The notes under the pieces: model-generated
Databases searched by the model: none
What the model was told of the DNA's origin: nothing
What the model saw: only the letters and a program-made list of their open reading frames with translations
Source of the DNA: Mycobacterium tuberculosis H37Rv
Lineage (GTDB): Bacteria; Actinomycetota; Actinomycetes; Mycobacteriales; Mycobacteriaceae
Direction: 5' to 3'
Assembly: GCF_000195955.2 (NCBI RefSeq)
Contig: NC_000962.3
Location: forward strand, 2,400,001-2,432,000
Length of the DNA: 32,000 nt
Position numbers and translations under genes: made by a program
Shown: piece by piece, positions 8,385 to 21,665 of the stretch
How the letters are laid out: each line of letters begins with the position of its first letter
How positions within the stretch are numbered: the first letter of the stretch is position 1

Positions 8385-9524
8385 TCAGCGGCGCATGAAG
8401 GGCGGCACGTCGACATCGTCGTCATCACCGCCGATGCTCAGGGTTGCGCCGTTGGTGTGCAACGGCACGCTGACGGCGTCGACCGGCTCGAACAAGGTCG
8501 AGGTGAGCTTGCCTGCCTTGGCTGACTCGATCCGGTGGGCGCCGCCGGTCTCGCCCATCACCGGCTTGCGGCCGGGACCGCTGACGTCGAAGCCGGCCGC
8601 GATCACGGTCACCCGCACCTCGTCACCGAGCGAATCGTCGATGACGGTGCCGAAGATGATGTTGGCATCGGGGTGAGCGGCGTCTTGTACCAACGAGGCC
8701 GCCTCGTTGATCTCGAACAAGCCCAAGTCGCTGCCGCCGGCGATCGACATCAGCACGCCTTGCGCGCCCTCCATCGAGGCTTCCAGCAACGGCGAGTTGA
8801 TGGCGATCTCGGCCGCTTTGAGCGACCGGCCTTCGCCCCGGGCCGAGCCGATGCCCATCAGTGCGGTGCCGGCACCGGACATGATGCCCTTGACGTCGGC
8901 GAAGTCGACGTTGATTAGACCCGGGGTGGTAATCAGGTCGGTGATGCCCTGCACGCCGTTGAGCAGCACCTCGTCGGCGCTACGGAAAGCATCCATCAGC
9001 GATACCGCGGCATCTCCCATCTGCAGCAACCGGTCGTTGGGAATCACGATGAGGGTGTCGCAACTCTCCCGCAGCGCCGCGATGCCATTTTCGGCCTGAT
9101 TGCTGCGTCGCTTGCCCTCGAACGAGAACGGCCGGGTGACCACACCGACGGTCAACGCGCCCAGCTTGCGGGCGATGCTGGCGACGACGGGTGCCCCCCC
9201 GGTGCCGGTTCCGCCCCCCTCGCCGGCGGTGACAAACACCATGTCGGCACCGCGCAGCAGCTCTTCGATCTCGTCCTTGGCGTCCTCGGCGGCCTTACGG
9301 CCGACCTCCGGATCGGCGCCGGCGCCCAGCCCGCGGGTGGAGTCGCGGCCGACGTCGAGTTTGACGTCGGCATCGCTCATCAACAACGCCTGGGCGTCGG
9401 TGTTGATCGCGATGAATTCCACGCCTTTGAGGCCCTGCTCGATCATTCGGTTGACGGCGTTGACACCGCCACCACCGATACCCACGACCTTGATGACGGC
9501 CAGGTAGTTGTGCGGGGGGGTCAT
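8385..9524 (-). CDS. ftsZ: Cell division GTPase FtsZ, 379 aa.
   Basis: Tubulin signature [11 protein letters not shown]-terminus [27 protein letters not shown] and C-terminus [20 protein letters not shown] lies 9 nt upstream of the ATG at 9524. The track's 22-codon extension is not credible. Confidence 0.98.
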
Positions 9525-9696
9525 CGTTCGGCTTCCTCCCTGGTGGGGCTCGGTTCTTCGGTGTGTCTGCTGGCAAACTCTCAACCTCAACCATAGGCTT
9601 AGAGTTATGTCAAGTAGTTGCTCGTAGTCAGAACCGTATGGCTACGACGGTTGCTAACCGTGCAGGCGCGCCGATACGCGGCGGGCATTTTTTCGG
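9525..9696 (-). promoter_or_regulatory. ftsQ-ftsZ intergenic region, likely to carry ftsZ promoters and the 5' UTR.
   Basis: This 172-bp spacer is visibly less G+C-rich than its flanks. It contains TTGACA and several TANNNT-type hexamers on the minus strand. Multiple ftsZ promoters have been reported in this interval in M. tuberculosis (from memory). I cannot place individual promoters from sequence alone. Confidence 0.5.
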
Positions 9697-10641
9697 CTAT
9701 TTCACGGTCGGCAGGTCGGGGCTGGACACGTCGTACGTTCTGCCTGGCTGGGTCAACAGCGCCGCCAGCTTTTCGGCCTTCTCTTCGCAGCGGTCGGTGG
9801 TTCCCCAGATCACCACGCGGCCATCGGCCAACGTCAGGGTGATCGAGGCCACCGACGGGGCCGCGATCCGCCCCACCTGGCTTGCAACTTCAGGATGCAG
9901 CGCGGTCAACACCTGCAGCGCCGCCTTGGTCGTCGGATCGCTAGGACCGGGATTGTCCACATCGAAATAAGGCAACGCCGGCGGTGGCGGATCGGTCGCG
10001 AAGTCGACGCCGTCGCGGTCAAAAAGGTGCGGGCCGTCCGAAAAATCCTTGACCACCACCGGGACCCGCTCGACGATGGTGATCCGCAAGGCCGACGGGT
10101 ACTGCCGCTGCACCCGCGCACTGGCCACCCGCCGGATCGTGGCCACTCGGTCAGCAACCTGTTGGGTGTCGATCTGCAGCAACGGCGTTGCCGGCCGCAC
10201 TCTGGCGGCGTCGAGAACCTCCTCGCGGCTCACCGCCCCGATCCCGATGATCACGATCTCGCGGGCCGACATCGCCGGCGTGAAGTACAGCGCGAGCCCA
10301 AGCCCGATCCCGACGACGGCCAGCACGACCGTCGCGAGCAGCGCCTTCAGCCCTCGAACAACACCTCGGGCGGCCGGTTTGGCGGGGTTCTGCTCACTGA
10401 CGATCTGCCCGCGGGCTCGCCGTTTGGCCGCGCGGCGAGCCTGCTCGATCGCGGTAGCTCGAGCCTGCGCGGCGCGACGTTCGGCACGTTCGCGGCGGGC
10501 GCGCCGACGCGGCCCTTCGAATTCTGGGTGCTCGGCCGGTTCGTCCTTCGATTCGGTGGCCAACGGCTCCGTAACCGCCTCCTCGTCGGCGGCGTCGTCG
10601 GCCACGCGCTCGATCTGTGGGTCCTCGTTGTGTTCCGTCAT
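9697..10641 (-). CDS. ftsQ: Cell division protein FtsQ, 314 aa.
   Basis: A basic N-terminal tail, one TM segment ([21 protein letters not shown]), then POTRA/FtsQ-like sequence. Its ATG overlaps the murC stop as ATGA. Confidence 0.93.
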   Translation of the reverse strand: MTEHNEDPQIERVADDAADEEAVTEPLATESKDEPAEHPEFEGPRRRARRERAERRAAQARATAIEQARRAAKRRARGQIVSEQNPAKPAARGVVRGLKALLATVVLAVVGIGLGLALYFTPAMSAREIVIIGIGAVSREEVLDAARVRPATPLLQIDTQQVADRVATIRRVASARVQRQYPSALRITIVERVPVVVKDFSDGPHLFDRDGVDFATDPPPPALPYFDVDNPGPSDPTTKAALQVLTALHPEVASQVGRIAAPSVASITLTLADGRVVIWGTTDRCEEKAEKLAALLTQPGRTYDVSSPDLPTVK

Positions 10642-12122
10642 CCCAGCACCCCCGGACGGCCGGGGGCGCTTCGGTTGGCCCGGACCCGAAGGGCGGTCAG
10701 GATTTCCGGGCCCAGCAAGGTCACGTCTCCGGCACCCATCGTGACGATGACGTCGCCCGGACTAGCGGCGGCGGCCACTTGCTGTGCGACCGCCGAAAAA
10801 TCCGGGACGTAGCGCATCGGCACAGTGACGTGCTCAGCGACGCTGGCTCCGCTGACACCGGCCAGCGGTTGTTCACGAGCTCCGTAGACGTCGAGTACGA
10901 ACACCTCGTCAGCGGCATTCAGCGCACGCCCAAACTCAGCAGCGAATGCCTTTGTCCGCGAATACAAATGGGGTTGAAACACAACCATGCAGCGGCCACC
11001 GTCGCCCTGTTCGAGCACCATGCGCGCCGCCGCCAGTGTCGCGCTGATCTCCGTCGGGTGGTGGGCGTAGTCATCGAACACGCGCACCGACGCCTTTCCG
11101 ACGCCGCAGGTCCCAACCAGTTCGAATCGTCGCCGCACTCCTTCGAAGCCGGCCAGCCCGTCGAGCACCTCGTCGGCCGGGGCGCCGATCTGCACCGCGG
11201 CCAGCAGCGCTCCCAGCGCGTTGAGCGCCATGTGTCGCCCGGGCACCGACAGCCGCATCACGCGGGGACCCTGTGCTGTGGCTAGTTCTGAGGCCAACCG
11301 GATATGTGCGACCGCGCCGACCCCCTGTTGCTGCCACGAGACCAACGTGGCTGCCATGGTCTCACCCGGCACCGACCCGTATCGCAGCACTCGAATTCCC
11401 AGCTCAGTCGCGCGCTGAGCCAGCGCGGCCCCTCCGGGGTCGTCAGTGCACACCACCAGCGCACCCCCGGGGACAATGCGCTCCACGAAGGAGTCGAACA
11501 CCGCAACATACGCCTCGACGCTGCCGTAGAAGTCCAGGTGATCGGACTCGATGTTGGTGATCACCGCGACGTGGGGTGTGTACTGCAACAGCGAGCCATC
11601 GCTTTCGTCGGCTTCGGCGACGAAACAGTCGCCACTGCCGTGATGGGCGTTGGTACCGGCCTCCCCCAGCTCACCGCCGACCGCAAAGGACGGGTCAAGC
11701 CCGCAGTGCTGCAGGGCGACGATCAGCATGGACGTCGTCGTTGTCTTGCCGTGCGTGCCGGTGACCATCAATGTGGTGCGCCCGGCCATCAACTTGGCCA
11801 GCACGGCCGGCCGCAGCACCACGGGAATGCCGCGGCGCCTCGCTTCGACGAGCTCGGGGTTGGTTTTGGGGATGGCGGCATGGGTAGTGACGACCGCCGT
11901 GGCGCCACCGGGCAACAGGTCCAGCGACGACGCGTCGTGTCCGATCCGGATCAACGCGCCCCGCGCCCGCAGCGCATGCACACCGCGCGACTCCTTGGCG
12001 TCTGACCCGGAGACCAGCCCGCCGCGGTCCAGCAGGATTCGGGCGATGCCCGACATGCCAGCTCCGCCGATGCCGACCATGTGCACCCGCCGCAGATCGG
12101 GCGGCAACTGCTCGGTGCTCAC
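10638..12122 (-). CDS. murC: UDP-N-acetylmuramate--L-alanine ligase MurC.
   Basis: N-terminal [11 protein letters not shown] Rossmann motif and the Mur-ligase P-loop [13 protein letters not shown]. There is a 4-nt overlap with the murG stop. Confidence 0.96.
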   Translation of the reverse strand: MSTEQLPPDLRRVHMVGIGGAGMSGIARILLDRGGLVSGSDAKESRGVHALRARGALIRIGHDASSLDLLPGGATAVVTTHAAIPKTNPELVEARRRGIPVVLRPAVLAKLMAGRTTLMVTGTHGKTTTTSMLIVALQHCGLDPSFAVGGELGEAGTNAHHGSGDCFVAEADESDGSLLQYTPHVAVITNIESDHLDFYGSVEAYVAVFDSFVERIVPGGALVVCTDDPGGAALAQRATELGIRVLRYGSVPGETMAATLVSWQQQGVGAVAHIRLASELATAQGPRVMRLSVPGRHMALNALGALLAAVQIGAPADEVLDGLAGFEGVRRRFELVGTCGVGKASVRVFDDYAHHPTEISATLAAARMVLEQGDGGRCMVVFQPHLYSRTKAFAAEFGRALNAADEVFVLDVYGAREQPLAGVSGASVAEHVTVPMRYVPDFSAVAQQVAAAASPGDVIVTMGAGDVTLLGPEILTALRVRANRSAPGRPGVLG

Positions 12123-13351
12123 GTCGTTGTCCTGGCACCGGCCCCGGTGGCGACGGCCAGCGCGGCCCGGGCCACCTGGCCCGCGGCATCGCGATGTCCC
12201 ACCCTGGCTGCGGCCGCGGTCATCGCGGCCAGCCGCGCGGGGTCGGTGAGCAGCCCGGCAACCTGGCGGGCCACCAACTCGGGGGTCAGGGCGGCGTCGG
12301 CGACCACCATGCCGCCGCCGGCATTGACTACCGGCAACGCATTCAGCCGCTGTTCACCGTTGCCGATCGGCAGCGGCACGTAGATGGCCGGCAGACCGAC
12401 GGCGGATACTTCGGCGACCGTCATCGCCCCGGCCCGGCAGATCACCAGATCGGCGGCGGCGTAGGCCAGCTCCATCCGGTCCAAATAGGGCACCGCCACG
12501 TACGGTGGGTCACCTTGAGCCCGACGGCGCAACTCCAGCACGTTCTGGGGTCCATGGGCATGCAGCACGCAAACACCGGCGGCGGCCAGGTCGGCGGCGG
12601 CGCCGGACACCGCCCGGTTGAGCGAGACCGCGCCCTGCGAACCCCCGAACACCAGCAGCACCCGCGCGTCGTCGGGGAAGCCGAAGTGTGCCCGCGCCTC
12701 GGCTCGCAGCACCGCGCGGTCCAGCGCGGCGATCGACGCACGGACCGGGACCCCAACCACCTCGGCGCGCCGCAGCCCGGAATCCGGCACCGCGGAGAGC
12801 ACCCGGTCCGCGGTATGGGCGCCGACCCGGTTGGCCAGTCCCGCCCTGGCGTTGGCTTCGTGGATCACCACCGGGATCCGGCGCCGGCGCCGGGGCGGCA
12901 AAGGCAGGCCGCGAGCGGCTAGGTAAGCCGGTAGCGCGACGTACCCACCGAAACCGACGACGACGTCGGCGTCGACATCGTCGAGCACGTCCCGGGCCTC
13001 CCGGACGGCGCGCCACACCCGCGACGGCAGCCGGGCCAGGTCGCCGCCGGGCTTGCGCGGCATCGGCACCGCCGTGATCAGCTCCAGGTGGTAGCCGCGC
13101 TGGGGCACCAGCCTGGTCTCTAGTCCACGGAGGGTGCCCAACGCGGTAATCCGGACGCGCGGATCCAACGCGACCAAGGCGTCGGCGACGGCCATGGCGG
13201 GCTCGACGTGCCCGGCGGTCCCGCCGCCGGCGAGAACGACCGACACGGAATCAGCAGACGGCGAGGAACCACAAGACGGCGAGGCGGCATCGGCGGGCCG
13301 GGGCGCCGTTGCCCCGCGCCCGCCGGCCGGCTGGCTGACCGTGTCCTTCAC
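12119..13351 (-). CDS. murG: Lipid II-forming glycosyltransferase MurG.
   Basis: [18 protein letters not shown]-loop motif, GT28 architecture and conserved dcw position. There is a 4-nt overlap with the ftsW stop. Confidence 0.95.
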
Positions 13352-14922
13352 CCGTAACGCTGACCTTCCAATGCCCGAACGCGCCGTGTGCGACGCTGGC
13401 CCGCGTACCGCTGGCCAGCTCCATGATGCACTGATCGACGAACCGGCGGATCGGCCGTGCGGGGCGAGCCGGGTCGCGGGGGCAGGCCCATCTGCCGGGC
13501 AGGCTGTCCGGGCGCCGTGCGGGGGGTCTTCCGCGCGGGCTGCGTTTGGGCCGGTTGCGGGTTGGCGCGCTTGCGGTCACGAAACGCCTCGAGACGAGGG
13601 GGCAGATACGGCTCGGGCAGCGGCAGCCGCAGCAACCGGTTCACCTTGTCGTCGCGCCCAGCCCGCAGCGCGGCCACCGCCTCCGGTTCGTGGCGAGCCG
13701 CGTTGGCGATGATGCCTATCAGCGAAAGTGTTGCGGCCGTGGAGGTTCCACCGGCGGAGATGAGCGGCAGCTGCAGGCCGGTGACGGGCAGCAGCCCGAT
13801 CACATAGCCGATGTTGATGAACGCCTGTCCCAGCACCCACAGTGTCGTGGTGGCGGTCAGCAGCCGCAGGAACGGGTCGGCGGACCGGCTAGCGATGCGC
13901 ATGCCGGTGTAGGCGAACAATCCGAATAGCCCCAGCAGTCCGAGCGCGCCGACGAGACCCAGCTCTTCGCCGATGATGGCGAAAATGAAGTCGTTGTGGG
14001 CGTTGGGCAAGTAGTTCCACTTGGCCACGCCTTGGCCCAGACCGTCGCCGAAAATGCCACCTTGAGCCAGCGCGAACTTTGCCTGTCGGGCCTGGTAGCC
14101 GGAGTCTTGCGGATCGTTTTCGGGGTTGAGCCACGACCGCACCCGGTCGGATCGGTAGCCCGCGGACACCGCCAGGATGGCGGCCGAGACGACGACCGCC
14201 GCCAGTGAGCTGAGGAAGACGCGCAGCGGCAGCCCCGCATACCACAGCAGGCCCAACAAGATGATGCCCATCGACACGGTCTGTCCGAGGTCGGGCTGGG
14301 CCACGATCAGCGCCAGCGCAACGACGGCGGCCGGCACCAGTGGAATCAGCATCTCGCGCAGTGAAGCCCGTTCCATGCGCCGGGCGGCCAGCAGATGCGC
14401 TCCCCAGATGGCGAACGCCATCTTAGCCAGCTCAGAGGGCTGCATCGAGAAGCCCGCGACCACGAACCAGCCGCGCGAGCCGTTGGCCTCCTTGCCGATC
14501 CCCGGCACCAGCACCAGCACCAGCATCACGATGGTGATCGCGAAACCGGAGAAGGCGATGCGCCGCATGAACCGCACCGACATCCGCAGACAGACATAGC
14601 CGCCGATAAGACCCACAAGCGTCCACAAGACCTGCTTGCCGAAGATCACCCAAGCCGATCCGTCGTCGTCGTAGGACCGCACCGCCGATGCCGACAGCAC
14701 CATGATCAGTCCAAGGGTGGTCAGCAATGCGGCAACGGCGATGATGAGGTGAAACGAGGTCATCGGACGGCCCAGCCAGGCACCGAAACGGGTGCGGGGC
14801 CTCGCCGAACCCGGGTTAGAGGCTTCTTCCGGGCCCGTCCGCTGCCCCTCGACCGGCTCGGCCCCTCGAGTCTGGGAGCCGTCGGTGTCGCTGGTGCCCC
14901 GACGCAGCAACCGGGTTAGCAC
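13348..14922 (-). CDS. ftsW: SEDS-family protein FtsW, with long basic N- and C-terminal tails.
   Basis: Ten-TM-like hydrophobic profile and SEDS motifs ([27 protein letters not shown]). Confidence 0.95.
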
Positions 14923-14933
14923 GCTGCCCCCGC

Positions 14934-16394
14934 CTACCGGATCACCGCGCGGACCGCGGTCGCGAATGCCTCGCCCCGGTCGGCATAACCGGTGAACTGG
15001 TCGAATGAGGCGCCGGCCGGTGCCAGCAGCACGGTGTCACCGGGTTGGGCCATCCGCCGGGCCGCGGCCACCGCAGCGGTCATCACGGCAGCGCCAACGG
15101 TCTCACCGGCTTTGTCATCTTTTGCCACATCTAGAACACAAGCAACAGGAACCTCAACAGTCGCAGGCATACCAGTATCCTCGCCTGCCACAACCTGAAC
15201 GACTGGGACATCGGGCGCGTGTCGTGATAACGCCTCGGCAACCGCTGCGCGATCCCGGCCGATCAGCACCGCACCGACCAGCCGCGACGCCATCGCCGCA
15301 ACCTCGGCGTGAAGCGACGCGCCCTTGAGCAGGCCACCGGCGATCCATACCACCCTCGGGTATGCAAGCACCGAAGCCCGCGCGGCGTGCGGGTTGGTGG
15401 CCTTGGAGTCGTCCACGTAGGTGATGCCGTCGGCAACGGCCACCACCTCGGCGCGGTGTCGGCCCACTCGAAACGACGTGACCGCGTCGGCGATCGCACC
15501 GGCGGGCACCCCGACCGAGCGGGCCAGCGCCGCCGCGGCCAGGGCGTCAAGCACGCCGACCGGACCTGGCACCGGTATCGACGCGACCGGCAGCAGCGTC
15601 AAGTCGTCGGAGAAGGCGCGATCGACCAGGTGGGCGTCGCGCACGCCCAGTTCCCGCGCGGCCGGCTCGCCGAGCCGGAAGCCGACCCGCACCTGCGCCG
15701 GTGAGCCGTCCAGCAGTGCGGCCGCTCGGCTGTCATCCAGCCCGGCCACCGCTACCCCGCCGGTCAGCACCCGGGCCTTGGCCGCGGTGTATTCGGCCAT
15801 CGTGGCATGCCAGTCCAGGTGGTCTTCGGCAATGTTGAGCACCGCGCCGGCCTCGGGCCGCAGCGACGGCGCCCAGTGCAGCTGGAAACTGGACAACTCC
15901 ACGGCCAGCAGCTCGGCCGGCTCGTCCAGCACATCCAGCACCGCACTGCCGATATTGCCGCACAGCACGGCGCGGCGGCCACCGGCGATCAGCATGGCGT
16001 GCAGCATCGACGTCGTGGTGGTCTTGCCGTTGGTGCCGGTCACCACCAGCCAGCTGCGCGGCGGTCCGTAGCAGCCCGCTGCGTCTAGCCGCCAGGCTAA
16101 CTCCACGTCACCCCAGATCGGCACCCCCGCCGCCGCGGCCGCGGCCAGTAGCGGGGTTGCGGGCGAGAAGCCGGGACTGGCGACCACCAGCGCATACCCG
16201 GTTATCTGCTGCACCGCGTCCGAGGAACTAACGGTCGGCAGCCCACGTTCGGCGTGCGGTCGCAGCATGACCGGATCGTCGTCGCACACCGTCGGCGTCG
16301 CACCAAACCGAGTCAGCACCGCGGCCACCGCCTGACCGGTCACCCGGCCACCGGCTACCAACACGGGCGCACCCGGCCCCAGAGGGTCAAGCAC
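14934..16394 (-). CDS. murD: UDP-N-acetylmuramoylalanine--D-glutamate ligase MurD.
   Basis: P-loop [13 protein letters not shown] and dcw position. I prefer the GTG at 16394, just downstream of the mraY stop. The longest ORF reaches 16424. Confidence 0.94.
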   Translation of the reverse strand: MLDPLGPGAPVLVAGGRVTGQAVAAVLTRFGATPTVCDDDPVMLRPHAERGLPTVSSSDAVQQITGYALVVASPGFSPATPLLAAAAAAGVPIWGDVELAWRLDAAGCYGPPRSWLVVTGTNGKTTTTSMLHAMLIAGGRRAVLCGNIGSAVLDVLDEPAELLAVELSSFQLHWAPSLRPEAGAVLNIAEDHLDWHATMAEYTAAKARVLTGGVAVAGLDDSRAAALLDGSPAQVRVGFRLGEPAARELGVRDAHLVDRAFSDDLTLLPVASIPVPGPVGVLDALAAAALARSVGVPAGAIADAVTSFRVGRHRAEVVAVADGITYVDDSKATNPHAARASVLAYPRVVWIAGGLLKGASLHAEVAAMASRLVGAVLIGRDRAAVAEALSRHAPDVPVVQVVAGEDTGMPATVEVPVACVLDVAKDDKAGETVGAAVMTAAVAAARRMAQPGDTVLLAPAGASFDQFTGYADRGEAFATAVRAVIR

Positions 16395-16395
16395 G

Positions 16396-17475
16396 TCAGG
16401 CACCGACCGCGGCAAGCCACTCACCGTAGAACAAGGCCACGCCCAGACCGCAGGTGATCGCGGTGAGCAGCCAGAACCGGATGATGACCGTGGTTTCAGC
16501 CCAACCGACCAACTCGAAATGGTGGTGGAAGGGCGCCATCCGAAACATCCGGCGCCCGGTGGTCCGGAAGGTCAGGATTTGCAACACCACCGAGGTGATC
16601 TCGGCGACGAACAGCGCACCCAGCACCACCGCAAGGATCTCGGTGCGGCTGGTCACCGACAACCCCGCGATGACGCCGCCCAACGCCAGCGACCCAGTGT
16701 CACCCATGAAGATCTTGGCGGGCGCGGCGTTCCACCACAAAAAACCGATGCAGGCGCCAGCGGTTGCGGCCGCGATGAGCGCCAGGTCCAGCGGGTCGCG
16801 CACGTTGTAGCAGCCCAGGCCCGGCGCCGTCACGCACGCGTTGCGGTACTGCCAGAAGGTGATCAGCACGTAGGCGGCGGTGACCATCGCCATGGTGCCG
16901 GCGGCCAGCCCGTCCAGGCCATCGGTGAAGTTGACCGCGTTCGACCAGGCGCTGACGATGACCACGCAGAACAACACGAACAGCACCGGCGCCAATGTGA
17001 CGGTGGCGATCTCACGCACGTAGGACAGATCCGCGCTGCCCGGTGTCAGGCCGGCAGCATTCCGGAACTGCAGCACCAGCACGCCAAACAGCACGGCGGA
17101 GGTGATCTGCCCGACGGTCTTGGCCGTCTTGTTCAACCCGAGATTGCGCGACCTGCGGATCTTGATCAGATCGTCGATGAACCCGACGCCGCCCAAAGCG
17201 GTGGCTAGGCCCAGCACCAACAGACCCGATGCGCCGATGCCTTCACCGTCAAACGCCAGGCCCGCTAGGTGGGCGCCCAGGTAGCCCGCCCAGATGCCGG
17301 CCAGAATCGCCACCCCGCCCATCGACGGCGTACCGCGCTTGGTGTGGTGGCTGGGCGGGCCATCCTCACGGATCTGGTGGCCGAAGCCCTGCTTAGTGAA
17401 CAACCGGATCAGCACCGGGGTCAGCAAGATGGACACCGTCACCGCTACGGCAACGGCGATAAGGATCTGCCTCAT
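16396..17475 (-). CDS. mraY: Phospho-N-acetylmuramoyl-pentapeptide transferase MraY (called MurX in M. tuberculosis).
   Basis: [13 protein letters not shown] and HHHFE motifs. The ATG at 17475 forms an ATGA overlap with the murF stop. Confidence 0.96.
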   Translation of the reverse strand: MRQILIAVAVAVTVSILLTPVLIRLFTKQGFGHQIREDGPPSHHTKRGTPSMGGVAILAGIWAGYLGAHLAGLAFDGEGIGASGLLVLGLATALGGVGFIDDLIKIRRSRNLGLNKTAKTVGQITSAVLFGVLVLQFRNAAGLTPGSADLSYVREIATVTLAPVLFVLFCVVIVSAWSNAVNFTDGLDGLAAGTMAMVTAAYVLITFWQYRNACVTAPGLGCYNVRDPLDLALIAAATAGACIGFLWWNAAPAKIFMGDTGSLALGGVIAGLSVTSRTEILAVVLGALFVAEITSVVLQILTFRTTGRRMFRMAPFHHHFELVGWAETTVIIRFWLLTAITCGLGVALFYGEWLAAVGA

Positions 17476-19004
17476 GGGCGCACACTCCCGCATGTGTCGT
17501 CTGCGACCAATGCATCGGCCACCGCACCCAGCCCGGCCGCGTTCGAGGCCTTGACCAAGACCACATCCCCGGGTCGCAGCTCGGCGCGCAGTAGTGCCAG
17601 GGCGGCGTCACCGTCGGCCACATTGACGGCCGTGCGATCCGCACCGTGATCAGCAGTGGCTTCCCCCGAGCCCCACGCCCCCTCCAGGACCGCTCCGTGG
17701 TGCATGGCGCTGATCGACCTCCCGGTTCCCACGACAACGAGTCGAGACACATCTAAGCGCACCGCGAGCCGGCCGATGCGATCGTGCTCGGCTATCGCGT
17801 CCTCACCCAGCTCGGCCATCTCACCCAGCACCGCCCAGCTGCGGCGGGTGGCCTCGGGTTGGTGCGCGATCCAGGCCAGCGCCTGCAGCCCGGCCCGCAT
17901 GGAGTCGGGGTTGGCGTTGTAGGCGTCGTCGATCACCGTCACCCCGTCGCCGCGGGTGGTCACCTGCATCCGATGCCGCGACACCGGCGGCGCCGCGGTC
18001 AGCGCGGCCGCGACCTGTTCAACGCTGGCCCCACACTCCAGCGCGACCGCCGCGGCGCACAGCGCGTTAGTGACCTGGTGGTCGCCGCAGACCCCGAGTC
18101 GGACCTCGGCTTGGGCATCGTGGGCATGCAGCGTAAAGCGCGGCCTGGCCAATTCGTCCAGCGACACCGGCCCCGCCCAAACGTCACCGGTGTTGTCCCG
18201 GCTGACCCGCACCACCCGGGCCGCGGTCAGCTTGGCCATCGCCGCCACCGCGGGGTCATCAGCGTTGAGGACGACCGCTCCGGAATGCGGAACAGCCTGC
18301 GGCAGTTCGGCTTTGGTCTGTGCGATGACCTCGCGGGAGCCGAACTCACCCAAATGTGCGGTGCCGACGTTGAGCACGACTCCGATCGACGGGGGCGCGA
18401 TCTCGGCGAGCGCGGCGATGTTGCCGTGATGGCGTGCCGCCATCTCCAAAATCAGGTAGTCGGTGCGCCGCGTCGCGCGCAGCACCGTCCACGGGTGACC
18501 CAGCTCGTTGTTGAACGATCCGGGCGGGGCCACCACCTCCCCCAGCGGGGCCAGCACGGCGGCCATCAGGTCCTTGGTCGACGTCTTGCCCGACGAGCCG
18601 GTGATCCCGATGATGGTGAGCCCGCCGGCCACCAACTGCGCGGCCACCGCGGTGGCCAGCTTGGCCAGCGCGGCCAGCACCGCCGCCCCCGACCCGTCGT
18701 TGTCGTGCTCGAGGACGCCGGCCAATACGTTCGGCGCGGCCACTGGCGGAACCACGATGGCCGGCACCCCCACCGGGCGGGCGGCCAGCACGACGGCGGC
18801 GCCCGCGGCTACCGCCGACGCGGCATGGTCGTGGCCGTCGGCGCGCGCCCCCGGCAGGGCGAGGAACAGCCCGCCCGGGCCGATGGCGCGCGAGTCGAAC
18901 TCGACGGTCCCGGTGACGCGGCGGTGCGCGGCGTCTTGCGGGGAGATATCGGCCACTGCGCCCCCGACGATCTCGGCGATCTGCGCGACGGTCAGCTCGA
19001 TCAT
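17472..19004 (-). CDS. murF: UDP-MurNAc-tripeptide--D-Ala-D-Ala ligase MurF.
   Basis: P-loop [12 protein letters not shown] and Mur-ligase middle and C-terminal domains. The start overlaps the murE stop by 4 nt. Confidence 0.95.
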
Positions 19005-20608
19005 GCGCGCCGCTCGAGGGCCTCTAGCGCGGCAGCCAGCTCCACCCGGTCGTCGAACGGGCGGACCCGCCCGCCGCCGCGTTGCCCGGTCTCGTGGCCT
19101 TTGCCGGCGATGAGCACCACGTCGCCGGGGCGCGCCCAGGCAACCGCGTGCCGGATCGCGTCCCGCCGGTCTGCGATCTCGACGACCTGGGCATCACCGC
19201 CGACTTCGGCCGCCCCAGCCAGGATTTCGCGGCGGATCGCCGTGGGATCTTCGTCACGCGGGTTGTCGTCGGTGACGACCACCAAGTCGGCCAGCTGCGC
19301 GGCTATCCGGCCCATCGGGGCCCGCTTGCCCGGGTCACGATCGCCGCCGGCGCCGAACACCACCGCCAGCCGGCGGTCCGGGTGCGCCAAGGTGGTCAGC
19401 ACCGACCGCAGCGCTTCCGGTTTGTGCGCGTAGTCGACCAGCGCGAGAAAGCCCTGGCCGCGGTCGATCTGCTCGAGCCGCCCCGGGACCCGGATCTCAC
19501 GCAGGCCCGGCACCGCCTGTTCCGGGGAGACCCCGACGGTGTCCAGAATCGCCAGGGCGACCAGGCAATTGGCGACGTTGTAGCGGCCCGGTAGCCGGAT
19601 TCCGATGTGATGCCCTACGCCGGCGGGGTCGATGGCGGTGAATTGTTGCCCGCCCGCGTCCGTGGGCGCCACATCCGTGGCGCGCCAGTGTGCGGGCCGG
19701 TCGGCGGCGCTGACGGTGATCGCGTCGGCGGCCCGCGCCGCCATCGCGCGCCCGGCGTCGTCGTCGATGCACACCACGGCGGTGCGGGCGCGCAGTGCCG
19801 AGTCCGGATCGAACAATGACGCCTTGGCCTCGAAGTAGTCGGCCATGCTGGGGTGGAAATCCAGGTGGTCACGGGAGAGATTGGTGAAGGCGCCGACGGC
19901 GAACCGGGTGCCGTCCACCCGGCCCAGCGCCAGCGCGTGGCTGGACACCTCCATGACCACGGTGTCCACCCCGCGTTCGACCATCGCCGCCAGCATCGCC
20001 TGCAGCGTGGGGGCCTCCGGGGTGGTCAGCGCGCTGGGAAGGTCGGCGCCGCCGACGCGGATGCCGATGGTGCCGATCAGCCCGGCGACGCGTCCGGCAG
20101 CCCGTAACCCGGCCTCGACCAGATAGGTGGTGGTGGTCTTGCCGGACGTTCCGGTGATCCCGATAACCGTCAACCGCTCGGACGGATGCCCGTACACGGT
20201 GGCGGCCAAGCCGCCGAGCACGCCGCGGGGTGCGGGGTGCACCAACACGGGCACGGCCGCTCGTCCGGCGATCTCGGCGACCCCGGCGGGGTCGGTGAGC
20301 ACCGCGACGGCGCCGCGTGCGATCGCGTCGCCGACGTGGCGGGCCCCGTGGGTGGTCGAGCCGGTCAGGGCGGCGAACAGGTCACCGGGTGACACGTCCT
20401 GGGCGCGCAGCGTGACCCCGGTGACCGTCCGGTCCTCGGTGACGGCACGCTGAGCTGGACCCTCGGCCAGGGCCGCGCCGACCTGATCGGCCAGTGCGGC
20501 CAACCGAACGCCCACGACGGCGTTGGGGCGCAAGCCAGTGGGCGCAGCCTCCACCTGTGTCGCCACCTCCGTTCGCCGCCGCGAGATCCCTCGGGCCAGC
20601 GATGACAC
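19001..20608 (-). CDS. murE: UDP-MurNAc-L-Ala-D-Glu--meso-DAP ligase MurE.
   Basis: P-loop [12 protein letters not shown] and the DNPR motif ([10 protein letters not shown]) typical of DAP-adding MurE. I prefer the GTG at 20608 (535 aa). The track's upstream extension to 20746 is Pro/Arg-rich noise. Confidence 0.94.
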
Positions 20609-20630
20609 CCTACCGACAGGGCGCGCACAC

Positions 20631-21665
20631 TCACCCAGTCGGGTTTTGCCGCGACACCTGGCCCTCGGCGGCGGCGCCGATCCAGGTGCCGATGCGCCGC
20701 GCGGCGGTGAAGGCGGCCCAGGCCAGGGCGCCAACCAGCGCCGCATCGGTGTCGAGCAGGGATCGGGCCGCGGCGACGTCGTCGTCGGTCACCTGATGCG
20801 GGGCCAGGCCGGTCAGCAGGGCAAGACGGGTGGGCGCGTGCAGGTCGGCGGGCAGCTCGGCGGTGTGCTCGTTCGTCCAGCGACTGCTCATCGGCATTGG
20901 CTCGCCGTGCCACGACCCCACGACCCGCCTGACCACCTGACGAGTCGGTGGCGGCAGGTGCGGCGCGGTGTCCAGGTGGTGGCTGAGCGCGGCGAACGCG
21001 GTTGCTATGGGCTCGGACGGTGTTGCCCATGCCAGATCGTCGGGCAGCGTTCGCGGCTCGAGCCGGCGGGTGGAGCGGCCCGGCCGATGCTCCGCGCGCA
21101 CCTTGCGGGCGAACACCAGTCCACCGGCGCGGCGCATGAGCTGTTGGGCGCGCGGGCCCCCCGGCAGGAAGGTTTCGTCCAGCAGCACCAGGACCAGGCG
21201 TGCGATGAAGTGGAATTGCACCGCGGTGCCCAGGTATTCGGCGGCGACATCCGGGCCGAACGGTGCCGGCGGTCCCGCCGGTGTCCCGGTTCCTGCCGCC
21301 CACGCCACATACGGCGCGTTCGGGTCACCGGCGGCAGGTGCTGTGCCGGCCAAGATCGCCGCGGCGGTGTCGGTTTGGCCTGCCGCGTACAGCATGGTGG
21401 TGTGTGCGTCGACGCACCAGGGGCAGCGCAGGCTGGCCGCGACGGCGGCGGCGACGGCTTCCTTGCGGCCACGCGGCACCTGGCCCACCAGCAGTGTCTC
21501 GCGCAACGTCGCCCAGCCGGCGGTGAGCAGTCCCTCGTCCGGGGACAGCATGGCGAGCGGCTCGGGCAGCCGGCCGAACTCGCGGCGGGCCTCGGCATAG
21601 ACCTCGGCGACCGCGCCGCCGGCTCGGCGGGGCGCGACGGGCTCAATATGGTTGACAAATTTCAT
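20631..21665 (-). CDS. AhpD-like / carboxymuconolactone-decarboxylase-family protein (Rv2159c-like), 344 aa.
   Basis: The ATG at 21665 has GGAGGGAG 7 nt upstream. The CxxC motif RCPWCVDAH sits in an AhpD-like context. Its ATG overlaps the stop of the upstream TetR fragment as ATGA. Confidence 0.85.
   Translation of the reverse strand: MKFVNHIEPVAPRRAGGAVAEVYAEARREFGRLPEPLAMLSPDEGLLTAGWATLRETLLVGQVPRGRKEAVAAAVAASLRCPWCVDAHTTMLYAAGQTDTAAAILAGTAPAAGDPNAPYVAWAAGTGTPAGPPAPFGPDVAAEYLGTAVQFHFIARLVLVLLDETFLPGGPRAQQLMRRAGGLVFARKVRAEHRPGRSTRRLEPRTLPDDLAWATPSEPIATAFAALSHHLDTAPHLPPPTRQVVRRVVGSWHGEPMPMSSRWTNEHTAELPADLHAPTRLALLTGLAPHQVTDDDVAAARSLLDTDAALVGALAWAAFTAARRIGTWIGAAAEGQVSRQNPTG

Noticed and set aside
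9525-9590. A 22-codon upstream extension of ftsZ in the ORF track (401 aa).
   Set aside because: The extension ([22 protein letters not shown]) is not conserved-looking. The ATG at 9524 has a strong SD and gives the canonical FtsZ N-terminus.
9669-9693. Hairpin cgccg-atacg-cggcg followed by T6 on the plus strand, resembling a plus-strand intrinsic terminator just beyond the ftsQ stop.
   Set aside because: The stem is only 5 bp. No plus-strand gene or supported antisense transcript ends here. For minus-strand ftsQ the U-tract is on the wrong side. Too weak to call without 3'-end mapping.
17784-19433. A 549-aa plus-strand ORF, plus similar long ORFs at 20523..21788 (+), 7553..8398 (+), 9895..10812 (+) and 26907..27833 (+).
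   Set aside because: All lie antisense to, or out of frame with, strongly supported minus-strand genes (murF/murE, AhpD-like, yfiH, ftsQ, FtsL-like). Their translations are Arg/Gly/Pro/His-rich with no family resemblance. Long spurious ORFs are expected in roughly 65% G+C DNA.
20609-20746. The 46-codon upstream extension of murE, and the long 458-aa version of the AhpD-like ORF (to 22007).
   Set aside because: Both extensions are Pro/Arg/Gly-rich and overlap better-supported genes. Internal starts at 20608 and 21665 have family-consistent N-termini, and 21665 has a strong SD.
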